Shown: piece after piece, positions 17,305 to 25,905 of the stretch
Layout: every line of letters begins with the position of its first letter
Numbering within the stretch: position 1 is the stretch's first letter
Virus record (IMG/VR): IMGVR_UViG_3300031566_003932
DNA: 64,000 bases
Origin: a virus
Direction: 5' to 3' (one strand)
Notes under the pieces: generated by a model
The model's input: only the letters and a program-made list of their open reading frames with translations
The model's database searches: none
What the model was told of the DNA's origin: nothing
Translations under genes and position numbers: made by a program

Positions 17305-18630
17305 ATGAAGGAAGAAACGAAAAGTGCTGTCATCGAATATGATGCGAAGGACGGACAACGGATAGTCCTGACATTCGATCTTATTAGGCGTTATCTCGTC
17401 CAGGGACACCCTGAGTTTGTAACTGTTCAAGAGTTTATGTATTTCATGGGTGTATGTCAGAGTCAGGGCATGAATCCTTACAAACGGGATTGTTACCTTA
17501 TCAAATACACCCAAGGGGATTCAGCGGCGATCATCACCGCCATTGATTTTCTGCGAAGCCGAGCGAAAGCGCAACCGGATTGCAAGGGTTGGAAGGCAGG
17601 GATTATCTTGCAAGTAAACGGCAACGTAGAATACAGGGAAGGTACGTTTCTCCTTGATAACGAGAAGCTGGTTGGTGGTTGGTTCCAGGGCAAACCGGCA
17701 GGTTGGGATGAACCTATTAGGTGGACCGTACCACTAAAGACTTACATTAAACGCAAAAAGGATGGAAGTATTACGCGTTTTTGGCAAGCTGATAATCAAC
17801 CCGGCCAGATAGCCAAAGTCGCTGAATGCCAGGGCTTGAAAAAATGCTGGCCTCAAGAATTCCAGAATCTCTATACGGATGCAGAGATTGCACCAGATGA
17901 TGGCGTGAGAGGTTTGCCGGAGATCCCCGAGCAAACGGGCAAAGAAGTGGACGCTGAATTTGATGCCGATGCACACGAGGAGTTTGACAAGACAATAGGG
18001 CAACTCAAGGCCCTGAACCTCGATCACCTCAATGAGTATGTGACCTTTGCGGCACGAGTGAGCGATAAAACCGTCTATGAACTCAAGCAAGAGGCGATCC
18101 AGCAGTTTGATAACTTCCTTGCTTCTTTTCAGAAATGGGAGGCTAAGAAGTATCCTGGTGAGCAGAAACCCGACTCCTCCGACAAAGATCCGATCCGCGA
18201 GGAGTATATCAGACTAAAGACCGCTGGCTTCTCCACTTGGGTTCACAAGAATCTCGATGCTATCCGAAACATGGAGCAACAGTACCGCGTTGAAATCAAG
18301 GCCAAATGGATGATGCTTTACCCACAGGATACTTACCCCTTGGATAAGCAAGAAAACGCAGCCACGGGGCAGGATGCTCTTTCTGTGGGGGATTCTGAGG
18401 ATGAAACGGAGGGTGAAGAACCAGGAGAAGAGGATCAGGGACTTCCCCCCCCCTCACCGGAAGATGAAAAGGTTCTTTCACTCGTTACCGGCTCACATGC
18501 CGATGTTGCAAACAGGGCTTGCGTACCTTGCCCAGATGGTAATGGCCGATCCCGGTTAGCCAAGCATTGCAAGGAGGAGTGCCCATCGAGGATGGGTTGC
18601 CCGACCTGGAGTGAGTACGATAATCAATGA
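17305..18630 (+). CDS. bet: Bet/RecT-family ssDNA annealing protein with long acidic C-terminal extension
   Basis: CQSQGMNPYKRDCYLIKY, IAKVAECQGLKKCWP. Confidence 0.8.
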   Translation: MKEETKSAVIEYDAKDGQRIVLTFDLIRRYLVQGHPEFVTVQEFMYFMGVCQSQGMNPYKRDCYLIKYTQGDSAAIITAIDFLRSRAKAQPDCKGWKAGIILQVNGNVEYREGTFLLDNEKLVGGWFQGKPAGWDEPIRWTVPLKTYIKRKKDGSITRFWQADNQPGQIAKVAECQGLKKCWPQEFQNLYTDAEIAPDDGVRGLPEIPEQTGKEVDAEFDADAHEEFDKTIGQLKALNLDHLNEYVTFAARVSDKTVYELKQEAIQQFDNFLASFQKWEAKKYPGEQKPDSSDKDPIREEYIRLKTAGFSTWVHKNLDAIRNMEQQYRVEIKAKWMMLYPQDTYPLDKQENAATGQDALSVGDSEDETEGEEPGEEDQGLPPPSPEDEKVLSLVTGSHADVANRACVPCPDGNGRSRLAKHCKEECPSRMGCPTWSEYDNQ

Positions 18631-18791
18631 TCTATCCTGATGAAACCATGATCCAATGCCCCTGGTGCGGATACGAGGACAGCGAAAGCAAGTTTTTACC
18701 TCTACTTGATGATAGATATGAATGCCCTAATCCAAAATGCTACGAGGTATTCCGGCCAAGGGAGGAGATAGAGAAGGAAATAGAACAATAG
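18627..18791 (+). CDS. Small Zn-ribbon protein (54 aa), not in ORF track
   Basis: CPWC and CPNPKC; ATGA overlap with bet stop. Confidence 0.55.
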   Translation: MIYPDETMIQCPWCGYEDSESKFLPLLDDRYECPNPKCYEVFRPREEIEKEIEQ

Positions 18792-18846
18792 ATGGAAAAT
18801 TTTCCATGTATGCAGGCTGTTGGGTGATTTATGTTTAATGAAATAT

Positions 18847-18964
18847 GGGGGCACTGGATAATCCGTGTACAGGATGATACTTGCTGTAATCTAAGCATGA
18901 GTTATGGCGCCCTATGCCTCATGCCGGGGAGATCAGTAGAGGGGTTCAATTCCCTTCACCCCCA
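18847..18964 (+). other. Degenerate tRNA-like element, possible attP core
   Basis: T-arm AGGGG-TTCAATT-CCCTT then CACCCCC-A; CTGTAAT loop upstream; too long and imperfect for a real tRNA. Confidence 0.3.
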
Positions 18965-18973
18965 CCCCGTATC

Positions 18974-19032
18974 ACCCAACAAGGTCAATCCAGCCGACCC
19001 GATAAAACGGGCGGCTGATAACAGCGTTAGCC
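18974..19032 (+). other. Integron attC-like site (59 bp)
   Basis: ACCCAAC...GTTAGCC; inner stem ATC(C)AGCCG(A)CCCG / CGGG-CGGCT-GAT with two unpaired bases. Confidence 0.7.
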
Positions 19033-19050
19033 CAAGAAAGGAGGGAGAAG

Positions 19051-19320
19051 ATGTCTAAACCGAATTGTTATAAATGCAAATACCGAGGGATGATTTCTGG
19101 TGATGCCCATTCTCAATGTAAACACCCCAAAGTAAAGATGCATGAAAATCCTTTCGGGGCATTAGTTGATGTGCTGGAAGGCAAGACTGAAAGTGCTCGA
19201 ATAGAATTAGAAATTAAGGGACATCCCCAGGGTATTCGGTCAGGCTGGTTTATGTGGCCTGCCAATTTTGACCCGACATGGCTTGAAAATTGTAATGGAT
19301 TCGAGGCCAAAGAATCTTGA
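19051..19320 (+). CDS. Cys-rich hypothetical protein
   Basis: CYKC...C; GGAGG SD just after the attC GTT box. Confidence 0.6.
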   Translation: MSKPNCYKCKYRGMISGDAHSQCKHPKVKMHENPFGALVDVLEGKTESARIELEIKGHPQGIRSGWFMWPANFDPTWLENCNGFEAKES

Positions 19321-19345
19321 CCTCCGCCCCTGCAATATGTGATAT
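19317..19345 (+). promoter_or_regulatory. Putative integrase promoter
   Basis: TTGACC, 17 nt, TGATAT. Confidence 0.45.
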
Positions 19346-19376
19346 GCTTTCCCTTGAACAAAGAGGGAGGCTGACC

Positions 19377-20435
19377 ATGCCAGCGTACATCGATGGGAGG
19401 GGGTATATCCGCGTCACTGTACCGGGATTCGACAAGACATTGACTTCCTGGCGCGGGCAACGGCTCAAGGACTTATCATCTGAAGATATCCAAAAACTCT
19501 GCGATTATTTTAATCAGGCCATGATGCTAGGTAACTATGAAGCGGTAAAAACGTGGTTCCCCGGGGAACGCGCAAAGCACCTCGTCAAGAAACTAGCCTA
19601 TAAATGGCTTGAAGCTGAGAACAAGAAAGAATCCACCATTAAGATTGAGCAGCGGGATCTCGAAACGTATATCCTGCCACAGATCGGAGATATGGCAATC
19701 CAGGAAGTCACAAGACAAGACTTCTATTGGATTCGGGAAAGGTGGGGTGACATTCACATGGCTCGGAGAGTGAGGGCAGAGTGTCAAGCCCTTATGACCT
19801 GGGCATGGCGAGAAGGCATTACAGAGCGTCAGGTATTTGTTCCGACTATCAAGGTTGACAAGAAGCCTACCCCCTATATCGAGTTAAAGGATCGCTGGGG
19901 GATATGGGAGCTGGTAGATGATGAAAGGTGCCGGGCCCCCCTGGTCCTCTCTATTGAAATGGGGCTACGGATAGGTGAGATTGTGGCCCTGCAGCGTGAT
20001 TGCGTTGATATCGGAAGGGATCTGCTCAGGATCGTGCGCCATGTCTCCGGAACTCGAGTAATCCCAATGCGGAAAGCAGGGGATGAGTACCGGATACCCA
20101 TTGACATGCCGTACAGCCAGAGGGCAAAGGCCGTACTCATAGAGCGCAAGGCAGACATAGGATCCCCATGGTTATTCCACGGTGTCAAGGGGAACCACCT
20201 ACAGGTTGACCGGGTGAGCAAGGCATTTAAACGAGCTGCCCGGACCTATGGATTGCCTCAGGCGCATTTACACCAATGCAGACATAGCTTTGCTCAGGAT
20301 CGGGTAGCTGAGGGCTATCACCTCGAGGAAGTGCAAGCCTTGTTAGGGCATGGGAATAGGGGGACCACTGAGAAGTACAAGGGACATGGGGTACGACACA
20401 TGAGAAAATTAGAAGTTATGGGAGGTAGAGAGTGA
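19377..20435 (+). CDS. int: Tyrosine recombinase (integrase)
   Basis: GLRIGE, HQCRHSFA, LLGH, TEKY catalytic motifs; GGAGG SD. Confidence 0.9.
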   Translation: MPAYIDGRGYIRVTVPGFDKTLTSWRGQRLKDLSSEDIQKLCDYFNQAMMLGNYEAVKTWFPGERAKHLVKKLAYKWLEAENKKESTIKIEQRDLETYILPQIGDMAIQEVTRQDFYWIRERWGDIHMARRVRAECQALMTWAWREGITERQVFVPTIKVDKKPTPYIELKDRWGIWELVDDERCRAPLVLSIEMGLRIGEIVALQRDCVDIGRDLLRIVRHVSGTRVIPMRKAGDEYRIPIDMPYSQRAKAVLIERKADIGSPWLFHGVKGNHLQVDRVSKAFKRAARTYGLPQAHLHQCRHSFAQDRVAEGYHLEEVQALLGHGNRGTTEKYKGHGVRHMRKLEVMGGRE

Positions 20436-20635
20436 TGGAAATTGATTTTATTCCCGTAAAAGCGAATTTTGCTCAAGCTCCTGAATGGGAGGACGCGATA
20501 GAAGCCGCAATCAAAGTGTGGCTTGAGCCATCAAATCTTGGAGATAGGCGAAAGGTTATCAGACTATTTAATGCTATGTTAAATAAAGCACCTCTGGCAA
20601 GTTCTGAATCCAAGGGGGAAGGAGGTAGGGAGTGA
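20432..20635 (+). CDS. Hypothetical protein
   Basis: Coupled to int stop. Confidence 0.45.
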   Translation: MMEIDFIPVKANFAQAPEWEDAIEAAIKVWLEPSNLGDRRKVIRLFNAMLNKAPLASSESKGEGGRE

Positions 20636-20886
20636 TGACATATCCACAACGCGTTAGGATAATAGACGTTACAGGAATGGAACTTCTTCCAGGTATTGAG
20701 GGCAAAACACCAGAAGATAGTATTCCCCATATAGGTAAAGAAGGATTAGCTGAAAAGGTAGGTAGACTTGTTCGCATTACTTTAGATGATGGTAATATTA
20801 TTTGGGGGCATGAATGTTGGTGGAAGCCACTCGCCAACCCCCCGGAACAACCTGAATCCGTTGAGGGGGAAGGAGGTACGGAGTAA
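20632..20886 (+). CDS. Hypothetical protein
   Basis: GGAGG SD; overlapping boundaries. Confidence 0.55.
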   Translation: MMTYPQRVRIIDVTGMELLPGIEGKTPEDSIPHIGKEGLAEKVGRLVRITLDDGNIIWGHECWWKPLANPPEQPESVEGEGGTE

Positions 20887-21722
20887 TGGCAACCAAAATT
20901 GAATGGGCTGAAGAATCATGGAATCCCGTGACAGGCTGTACTCCTATTTCTGAGGGGTGTGTCCATTGTTATGCCAAAAGAATGGCCCAGCGCCTCAAGG
21001 GACGGTATGGGTATCCCGAGGATGAGCCCTTTAAGGTGACAGTCCATCCCGATCGACTTGACCAACCCTTGAAATGGAAGAAATCGAGGATGATCTTTGT
21101 TTGCAGCATGGGGGATTTGTTTCATTCTGCGGTGTTATTTGATTGGCTATTCAAAATTCTTTGCGTGATTGAAAATTCGCCTGAGCATATCTTTCTCATC
21201 CTAACAAAACGACCAGCCCACATGCTCGTTCAATTAGAAAAAATGTTGCACTACTGGGATAAAGCAGACCAACAGATATTTCCTAATCTCTGGCTCGGTG
21301 TCACCGCCGAAAACCAGCAACGGGCAGATGAGCGCATACCTATCCTCTTGCAGATCCCCGCAGCGAAACGGTTTGTGAGCATAGAGCCGATGCTGGGGCC
21401 GGTGGATATTTCATCCGCTTTACCTATTGAAACCATTGGCGGCGTTGAAATGGAAACCTGGTTAGACTGGGTAATCCTCGGCGGCGAATCGGGTCCCGGC
21501 GCACGGCCCCTGCATCCCGATTGGGCTCGATCTGTCAGGGATCAATGCCAAGCAGCAGGTGTGCCGTTTTTCTTTAAGCAGCATTCTGCGGCAGACAAGA
21601 TTATATATCATTTTCGTCGCCGTCTGCTCGATGGCCGGGAATGGAATGAGAGGCCAATCGGCAAACTCTCGGAACAACCGCTTGAATCCCGCGCCCAGCA
21701 TGGTCAACCTAAACAGGAGTAG
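20886..21722 (+). CDS. DUF5131 (Gp37/Gp68-like) protein
   Basis: TKIEW...WNPVTGCTPISEGCVHCYA, SMGDLFH, FVSIEPMLG, WVILGGESG. Confidence 0.9.
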   Translation: MATKIEWAEESWNPVTGCTPISEGCVHCYAKRMAQRLKGRYGYPEDEPFKVTVHPDRLDQPLKWKKSRMIFVCSMGDLFHSAVLFDWLFKILCVIENSPEHIFLILTKRPAHMLVQLEKMLHYWDKADQQIFPNLWLGVTAENQQRADERIPILLQIPAAKRFVSIEPMLGPVDISSALPIETIGGVEMETWLDWVILGGESGPGARPLHPDWARSVRDQCQAAGVPFFFKQHSAADKIIYHFRRRLLDGREWNERPIGKLSEQPLESRAQHGQPKQE

Positions 21723-21724
21723 AT

Positions 21725-22357
21725 GTGGAAAACATCAAAGATTATGAGATAACGAGAAAGTTTTTTCATCAAGGACGTTGGTTTGTCAACTTTCGTGGAA
21801 AATTCAATGGCAAGCAAAGAATGCCCTATGCCAATTATGTGTGGCTTCTCAACAATCAGCAATTTAAGGATATTCCACCGGGCTATGTGATTCATCATTT
21901 GGATGGCGATGAGGTAAATAATGATATAAGCAATCTCGCGCTGATGAAGAAGCAATATCATTTGGCATATCATTACAAATCTAAGAAGAATGAGGAAAGC
22001 GCTGAAAGAATTAGACTAAGACCAACGATTGGTCTCGGAAGAGACCTCACTGTCCCCAAAATAAGCCAATCTGTAATGCGCGATTCTTCTCCGATATGGA
22101 GATTTCGATGGCAGGAAACCGATATTGGCGGAAAAAGAATAAGTAGGGAAATCAGTAAAATTAAAGATAAGATATTCCGTACCAAAGAAGATGCCGAAAG
22201 AGGGATGACGTTGTTTATGAAAATTCATCCAAGTTTTAAATCTGAAGAGGATATGCCAAAGATATACAATTTGCTCCAGCAAATAAATCAGGAAATTGAA
22301 TCAGATGAAACGGAAGATATGTATTACCTTATCAAGAAAACATTCCCTCAAATTTAA
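21725..22357 (+). CDS. HNH endonuclease, AT-rich
   Basis: VIHHLDGDEVNNDISNLALM...H. Confidence 0.8.
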   Translation: MENIKDYEITRKFFHQGRWFVNFRGKFNGKQRMPYANYVWLLNNQQFKDIPPGYVIHHLDGDEVNNDISNLALMKKQYHLAYHYKSKKNEESAERIRLRPTIGLGRDLTVPKISQSVMRDSSPIWRFRWQETDIGGKRISREISKIKDKIFRTKEDAERGMTLFMKIHPSFKSEEDMPKIYNLLQQINQEIESDETEDMYYLIKKTFPQI

Positions 22358-22523
22358 GCGTCTAAGAGGTAAAGTTGCGGAACGCGCCTGTTATTTTTTG
22401 TTGTATCCCTTGCCCAGTATGGTCAACCTGGTATCGAAATAGCACCGGGTTTTGGAGTTAAACCGTTGAAATGATTGAATAAAGTTTCTGTAAACCCTCG
22501 GAACATTTAGGGGAAGGAGAATA

Positions 22524-22910
22524 ATGGATACCACAGAGAAATACATAAAGATGTGTGAGAAAGCAGGGGAGATACAAAAAAATCATCATTGGCAAGCGGG
22601 AGATTGGCATATGCTTGGCGGGAGTAACAATCGGGGAAATCCACGAATTTTAGGCGGATCCTTGTACACTATCATTCAGAATAGTTTCTATAACTGGGAG
22701 AGAGAATCTATCTGGCTTCCCCGCCAAGACCAGTTGCAGGAGATGGTAGGCATTACACCAAAAACTTTTACGGGTTTCATTAAGAAAGCCGTCACTCTGC
22801 CAACCACACCTGATTCCTTTGAGCAACTATGGTTGCATCTTGTCATGTCCGAGGAATATGGCAAGGTGTGGGATGAGGAAAAAGGGGAGTGGAACCCCAC
22901 CCCCGATTGA
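22524..22910 (+). CDS. Hypothetical protein
   Basis: GGAG SD; WLPRQDQLQEM motif. Confidence 0.6.
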   Translation: MDTTEKYIKMCEKAGEIQKNHHWQAGDWHMLGGSNNRGNPRILGGSLYTIIQNSFYNWERESIWLPRQDQLQEMVGITPKTFTGFIKKAVTLPTTPDSFEQLWLHLVMSEEYGKVWDEEKGEWNPTPD

Positions 22911-22936
22911 TTAACCTTTTGAAAGGAGTCGGGAAG

Positions 22937-23593
22937 ATGAGAGCCCTCATCATAGCCTGCCTGATCCTAACTAGCTGCGCCTCCTGGTCTACCCAGGAGA
23001 AAGTGGCCGGCGGGTTCTTCCTCACTGCTCATGCTCTTGACTTAACTGTCAATCAATACACGGTAGCGTCTAAAAACATCGAATATTTACGGGGCTTTCA
23101 ATTAGAGGTCGGTGATAAATTACGATTTGGAGTTTCACAGGAACAAGGGCTGATTTATTTTGCCGGTCAAGAGACAATTAATCTTAAGTTAACAGGGCTC
23201 TTGCTTATTAAGAATTGGGACTTAGATAATTTCAATTTTGCCATCGGTGCTGGGTATTACTTTCCTAAAGCTACCGAGACACAAGCCTTCAGGGAAGGCA
23301 TGTGGTTAGAGGTAAATCATATTTACCCGGAGGCAATACATTCGTGGAGCCGTCCCGATGTATACCGTTACGATATTCATGGAAACGCGGGCGGGTTTAT
23401 TAGGGCCGGGTACTTACAAGAAATAACAAAACATCTGGCTATCGGTTTTGACGCTGGCTATCGTTTTCTTAAATTACGGGAAACTCTCATACGAGATCAT
23501 AAAACATATGACCCAGGTTCATGGGTTGAATTTAATCGGTGTCAAAACTTATCAGGTGGCTTTATTGCTTTAAGGTTTCAGGTCAAATGGTAA
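22937..23593 (+). CDS. Outer-membrane beta-barrel-like protein with lipoprotein-type signal
   Basis: LTSC lipobox; strands IRAGYLQEITKHLAIGFDAGYRF; terminal aromatic residue (RFQVKW). Confidence 0.6.
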   Translation: MRALIIACLILTSCASWSTQEKVAGGFFLTAHALDLTVNQYTVASKNIEYLRGFQLEVGDKLRFGVSQEQGLIYFAGQETINLKLTGLLLIKNWDLDNFNFAIGAGYYFPKATETQAFREGMWLEVNHIYPEAIHSWSRPDVYRYDIHGNAGGFIRAGYLQEITKHLAIGFDAGYRFLKLRETLIRDHKTYDPGSWVEFNRCQNLSGGFIALRFQVKW

Positions 23594-23640
23594 ATAGAAA
23601 GTTAGATTAAACTTCTACCTCAAATTAATCCCTCCACAAG

Positions 23641-23844
23641 CTAAGGCACTTTAGCCAATAAAATAGCTAAGTTGACCACCACACCTGTCAATGTCAGGAT
23701 TATCCCAGTCAGAATTACAATCATTCGATTTTTCATGCTATTTATTTCCTTCCATTGCGAATCATCGGATTTGCAAAGTTGATTGATTTTGGTCTTTATG
23801 CCACTATGTTCGCTACAAAGCTTTTCCATTCTTCTCATTAACAA
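23641..23844 (-). CDS. Small C-terminally anchored membrane protein (XhlA/holin-like)
   Basis: Coiled coil then MIVILTGIILTLTGVVVNLAILL. Confidence 0.55.
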   Translation of the reverse strand: MLMRRMEKLCSEHSGIKTKINQLCKSDDSQWKEINSMKNRMIVILTGIILTLTGVVVNLAILLAKVP

Positions 23845-23892
23845 TCATGTGAGCGTTTGGCATTTTATTTTCATGCTTTCAATTTTAAGGAT

Positions 23893-24528
23893 TTATTTTA
23901 GTATTCCATACAATTTGAAAGTACCGGTTGATATATTTCCCGAACTCATCAGAAATCTAATCGCATCAACGTCCATACTTGCCATGTATATACCAGAAAC
24001 CAGGCTAGCGCCTTCCACGCTGCTCGAATTCATTTGATGGATAATGCCATATGTTTTCACATATTTGGTTGCATTGCTGGGGTCTACAAGATGAATTTCA
24101 CCGGACACGCCGCCAATTGCCGGTGTGCTACCCTCTATGTCCGATGCTATCGTTATTGATGTATAATAAGTCTCTACCTGCCAATAATCGTTTTCTCCCT
24201 CTTTAAATGTCGATCCATTGTCTGTTGAATATCTCAGGAGTAAATTAGCTCCATTGGTGATGGGAACCACGCCAGTCAACAAAACGATATATTCGTCATA
24301 CGTACTAGTGATTACCGAAGTAAAGTCAATCGCTGCATCATTAGAGGCGTCCTGATCAGATAACAAAATCCACGGCTTTATAGTGGCGGCAAATGCTGCT
24401 GTTTGAATTTCCGGATGCCCACTGTCCCCGGCAGCTAGAGCCGCGATATTATCGCGTAAATTCTGCTGTTGCGTACTGGTGAGTTTGGTTCCGTAGCCAA
24501 AGGCCGCTGATAGATCAACCCATGTCAT
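23893..24528 (-). CDS. Short tail-tip/fibre-type virion protein
   Basis: End of tail operon; beta-rich; ends SGNISTGTFKLYG. Confidence 0.5.
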   Translation of the reverse strand: MTWVDLSAAFGYGTKLTSTQQQNLRDNIAALAAGDSGHPEIQTAAFAATIKPWILLSDQDASNDAAIDFTSVITSTYDEYIVLLTGVVPITNGANLLLRYSTDNGSTFKEGENDYWQVETYYTSITIASDIEGSTPAIGGVSGEIHLVDPSNATKYVKTYGIIHQMNSSSVEGASLVSGIYMASMDVDAIRFLMSSGNISTGTFKLYGILK

Positions 24529-24727
24529 TGTTCAAATCCTTTCCGTTAAGAAACTCGGTGATCATTTTCATGTGCTCGGGACAGAGATGAGCCCGATCTG
24601 CGCCTGTCTTGTCATCATAAATGCCGGCGACATGTCCCCAGGCCGGATGCCCCTGATTGAAATGCTCTTCCAGGTGTTCGGTATCACATCCCTTCCGGTC
24701 ACATTTGATCTTGTTTAATTCGGTCAT
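24515..24727 (-). CDS. Hypothetical Cys/His protein
   Basis: CDRKGC, HLCPEH. Confidence 0.5.
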   Translation of the reverse strand: MTELNKIKCDRKGCDTEHLEEHFNQGHPAWGHVAGIYDDKTGADRAHLCPEHMKMITEFLNGKDLNNDMG

Positions 24728-25905
24728 AATAGATATTCATCTCCGTCGAGCAAAGAAAAATCAAGATAGAAACCGGCGAGAACTGCCGCCCCATCAAGTT
24801 CCATTTTGAGCTGACCATCATCCATATTGAGATCGGTTTCCACAAGTCGCCATCCGTCCGTTGAGGTGATATTATAGAAGCTATCAACGAGCCTGATGGT
24901 CTCACCTAGTTTTTGCCGCATGCCATAAAGATCCAGGTTGACCCCGAAACGCCGGGGTGGATCGCTATAAAGATTCACTTTTCGCGCCCCTAATCCGAGC
25001 GCATTGACGCTTGATGTGTGCCAGATCGTCTCGTTTTTGTAGATTTCTTCATGGATTCCATATAGATAAATCGATGCGCTGTTGATGGCAAAAACCGTGC
25101 TTTGAAAATAGTCGCTGTCAATCGAGAAATCGAAAGGCACATAAGCCTTATTGACAAGGCGCTGGCTTTCCACGTCGATCTCAAGATTCTGATAATGATT
25201 GTTCATGAATGTGATATCAAGCGAGCTGATTTCTTCATATTTCTTGAAATTGATCTTGCCATCCCCCTCAACCCAAATGGCGGAGTCGCTTATTTCAGCA
25301 AGACTTCTGAGTGCTTCAATAACTTTCACGCCGTCATATTGCGCCGCGCAGTCCAGGCTTTCCCCAGACATAACAGCGGCCCAGGTCAGAAAAGAGGAAT
25401 AATCAATATCAGGATTATTCGTGCTTACTACAGCGGATTTGCCCCCGTAGCAGGTGCAAAGTGTCCAGGCGATATCTGAGGGGATCTGAGCGGCAAAGCT
25501 CGCGGGTACATCGGAATCCCCGATTTTGCGCTTTTCGAAATCATAGAGATTATCGGCAAATTCAAGCTCGCAGATTTCCCGTTGATATTTGACATTTTTG
25601 AGAAAGCCGGTGTAGAGGGTGACGAGTTCGTTTCCACTCGTGGGATGTTCAAATCCCATCTGCAACGTGGCCGTGTTCGGAATCGTGTAGACGTTGGCAT
25701 AGAATCCATTGAAATGCCCGTCCGTATTATCAAGCGGAACAGCAATTTTGAGCGAGCGCAAATCATTGATCGTGCGCTTGATTCGTGGCCAGCGTGTCAC
25801 CCGGTCGGAATAATCCGAGGTCCCGATGCTGAATTTCCGTATAGGTTCAGAGGCGGTGTTCTCAAGCTGTACCTGAAACCAGGATGATACACTATAAGGC
25901 ATCAA
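24724..25905 (-). CDS. Tail hub/tip protein
   Basis: Second gene after tape measure; AIWVEGDGKINF pattern. Confidence 0.55.
   Translation of the reverse strand: MMPYSVSSWFQVQLENTASEPIRKFSIGTSDYSDRVTRWPRIKRTINDLRSLKIAVPLDNTDGHFNGFYANVYTIPNTATLQMGFEHPTSGNELVTLYTGFLKNVKYQREICELEFADNLYDFEKRKIGDSDVPASFAAQIPSDIAWTLCTCYGGKSAVVSTNNPDIDYSSFLTWAAVMSGESLDCAAQYDGVKVIEALRSLAEISDSAIWVEGDGKINFKKYEEISSLDITFMNNHYQNLEIDVESQRLVNKAYVPFDFSIDSDYFQSTVFAINSASIYLYGIHEEIYKNETIWHTSSVNALGLGARKVNLYSDPPRRFGVNLDLYGMRQKLGETIRLVDSFYNITSTDGWRLVETDLNMDDGQLKMELDGAAVLAGFYLDFSLLDGDEYLL

Noticed and set aside
18831-19058. 75-aa ORF
   Set aside because: Runs across the tRNA-like and attC-like elements; no recognisable protein features
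19377-20435. Integrase as integron IntI
   Set aside because: No IntI-specific insertion between patches II and III is evident; looks like a phage tyrosine integrase
20886-21722. DUF5131 as part of the modification system
   Set aside because: Common phage gene, on the opposite strand in the early region; no link visible in the sequence
22358-22470. Third attC (GTCTAAG...GTT)
   Set aside because: R'' lacks AAC and the hairpin is not centred between the boxes
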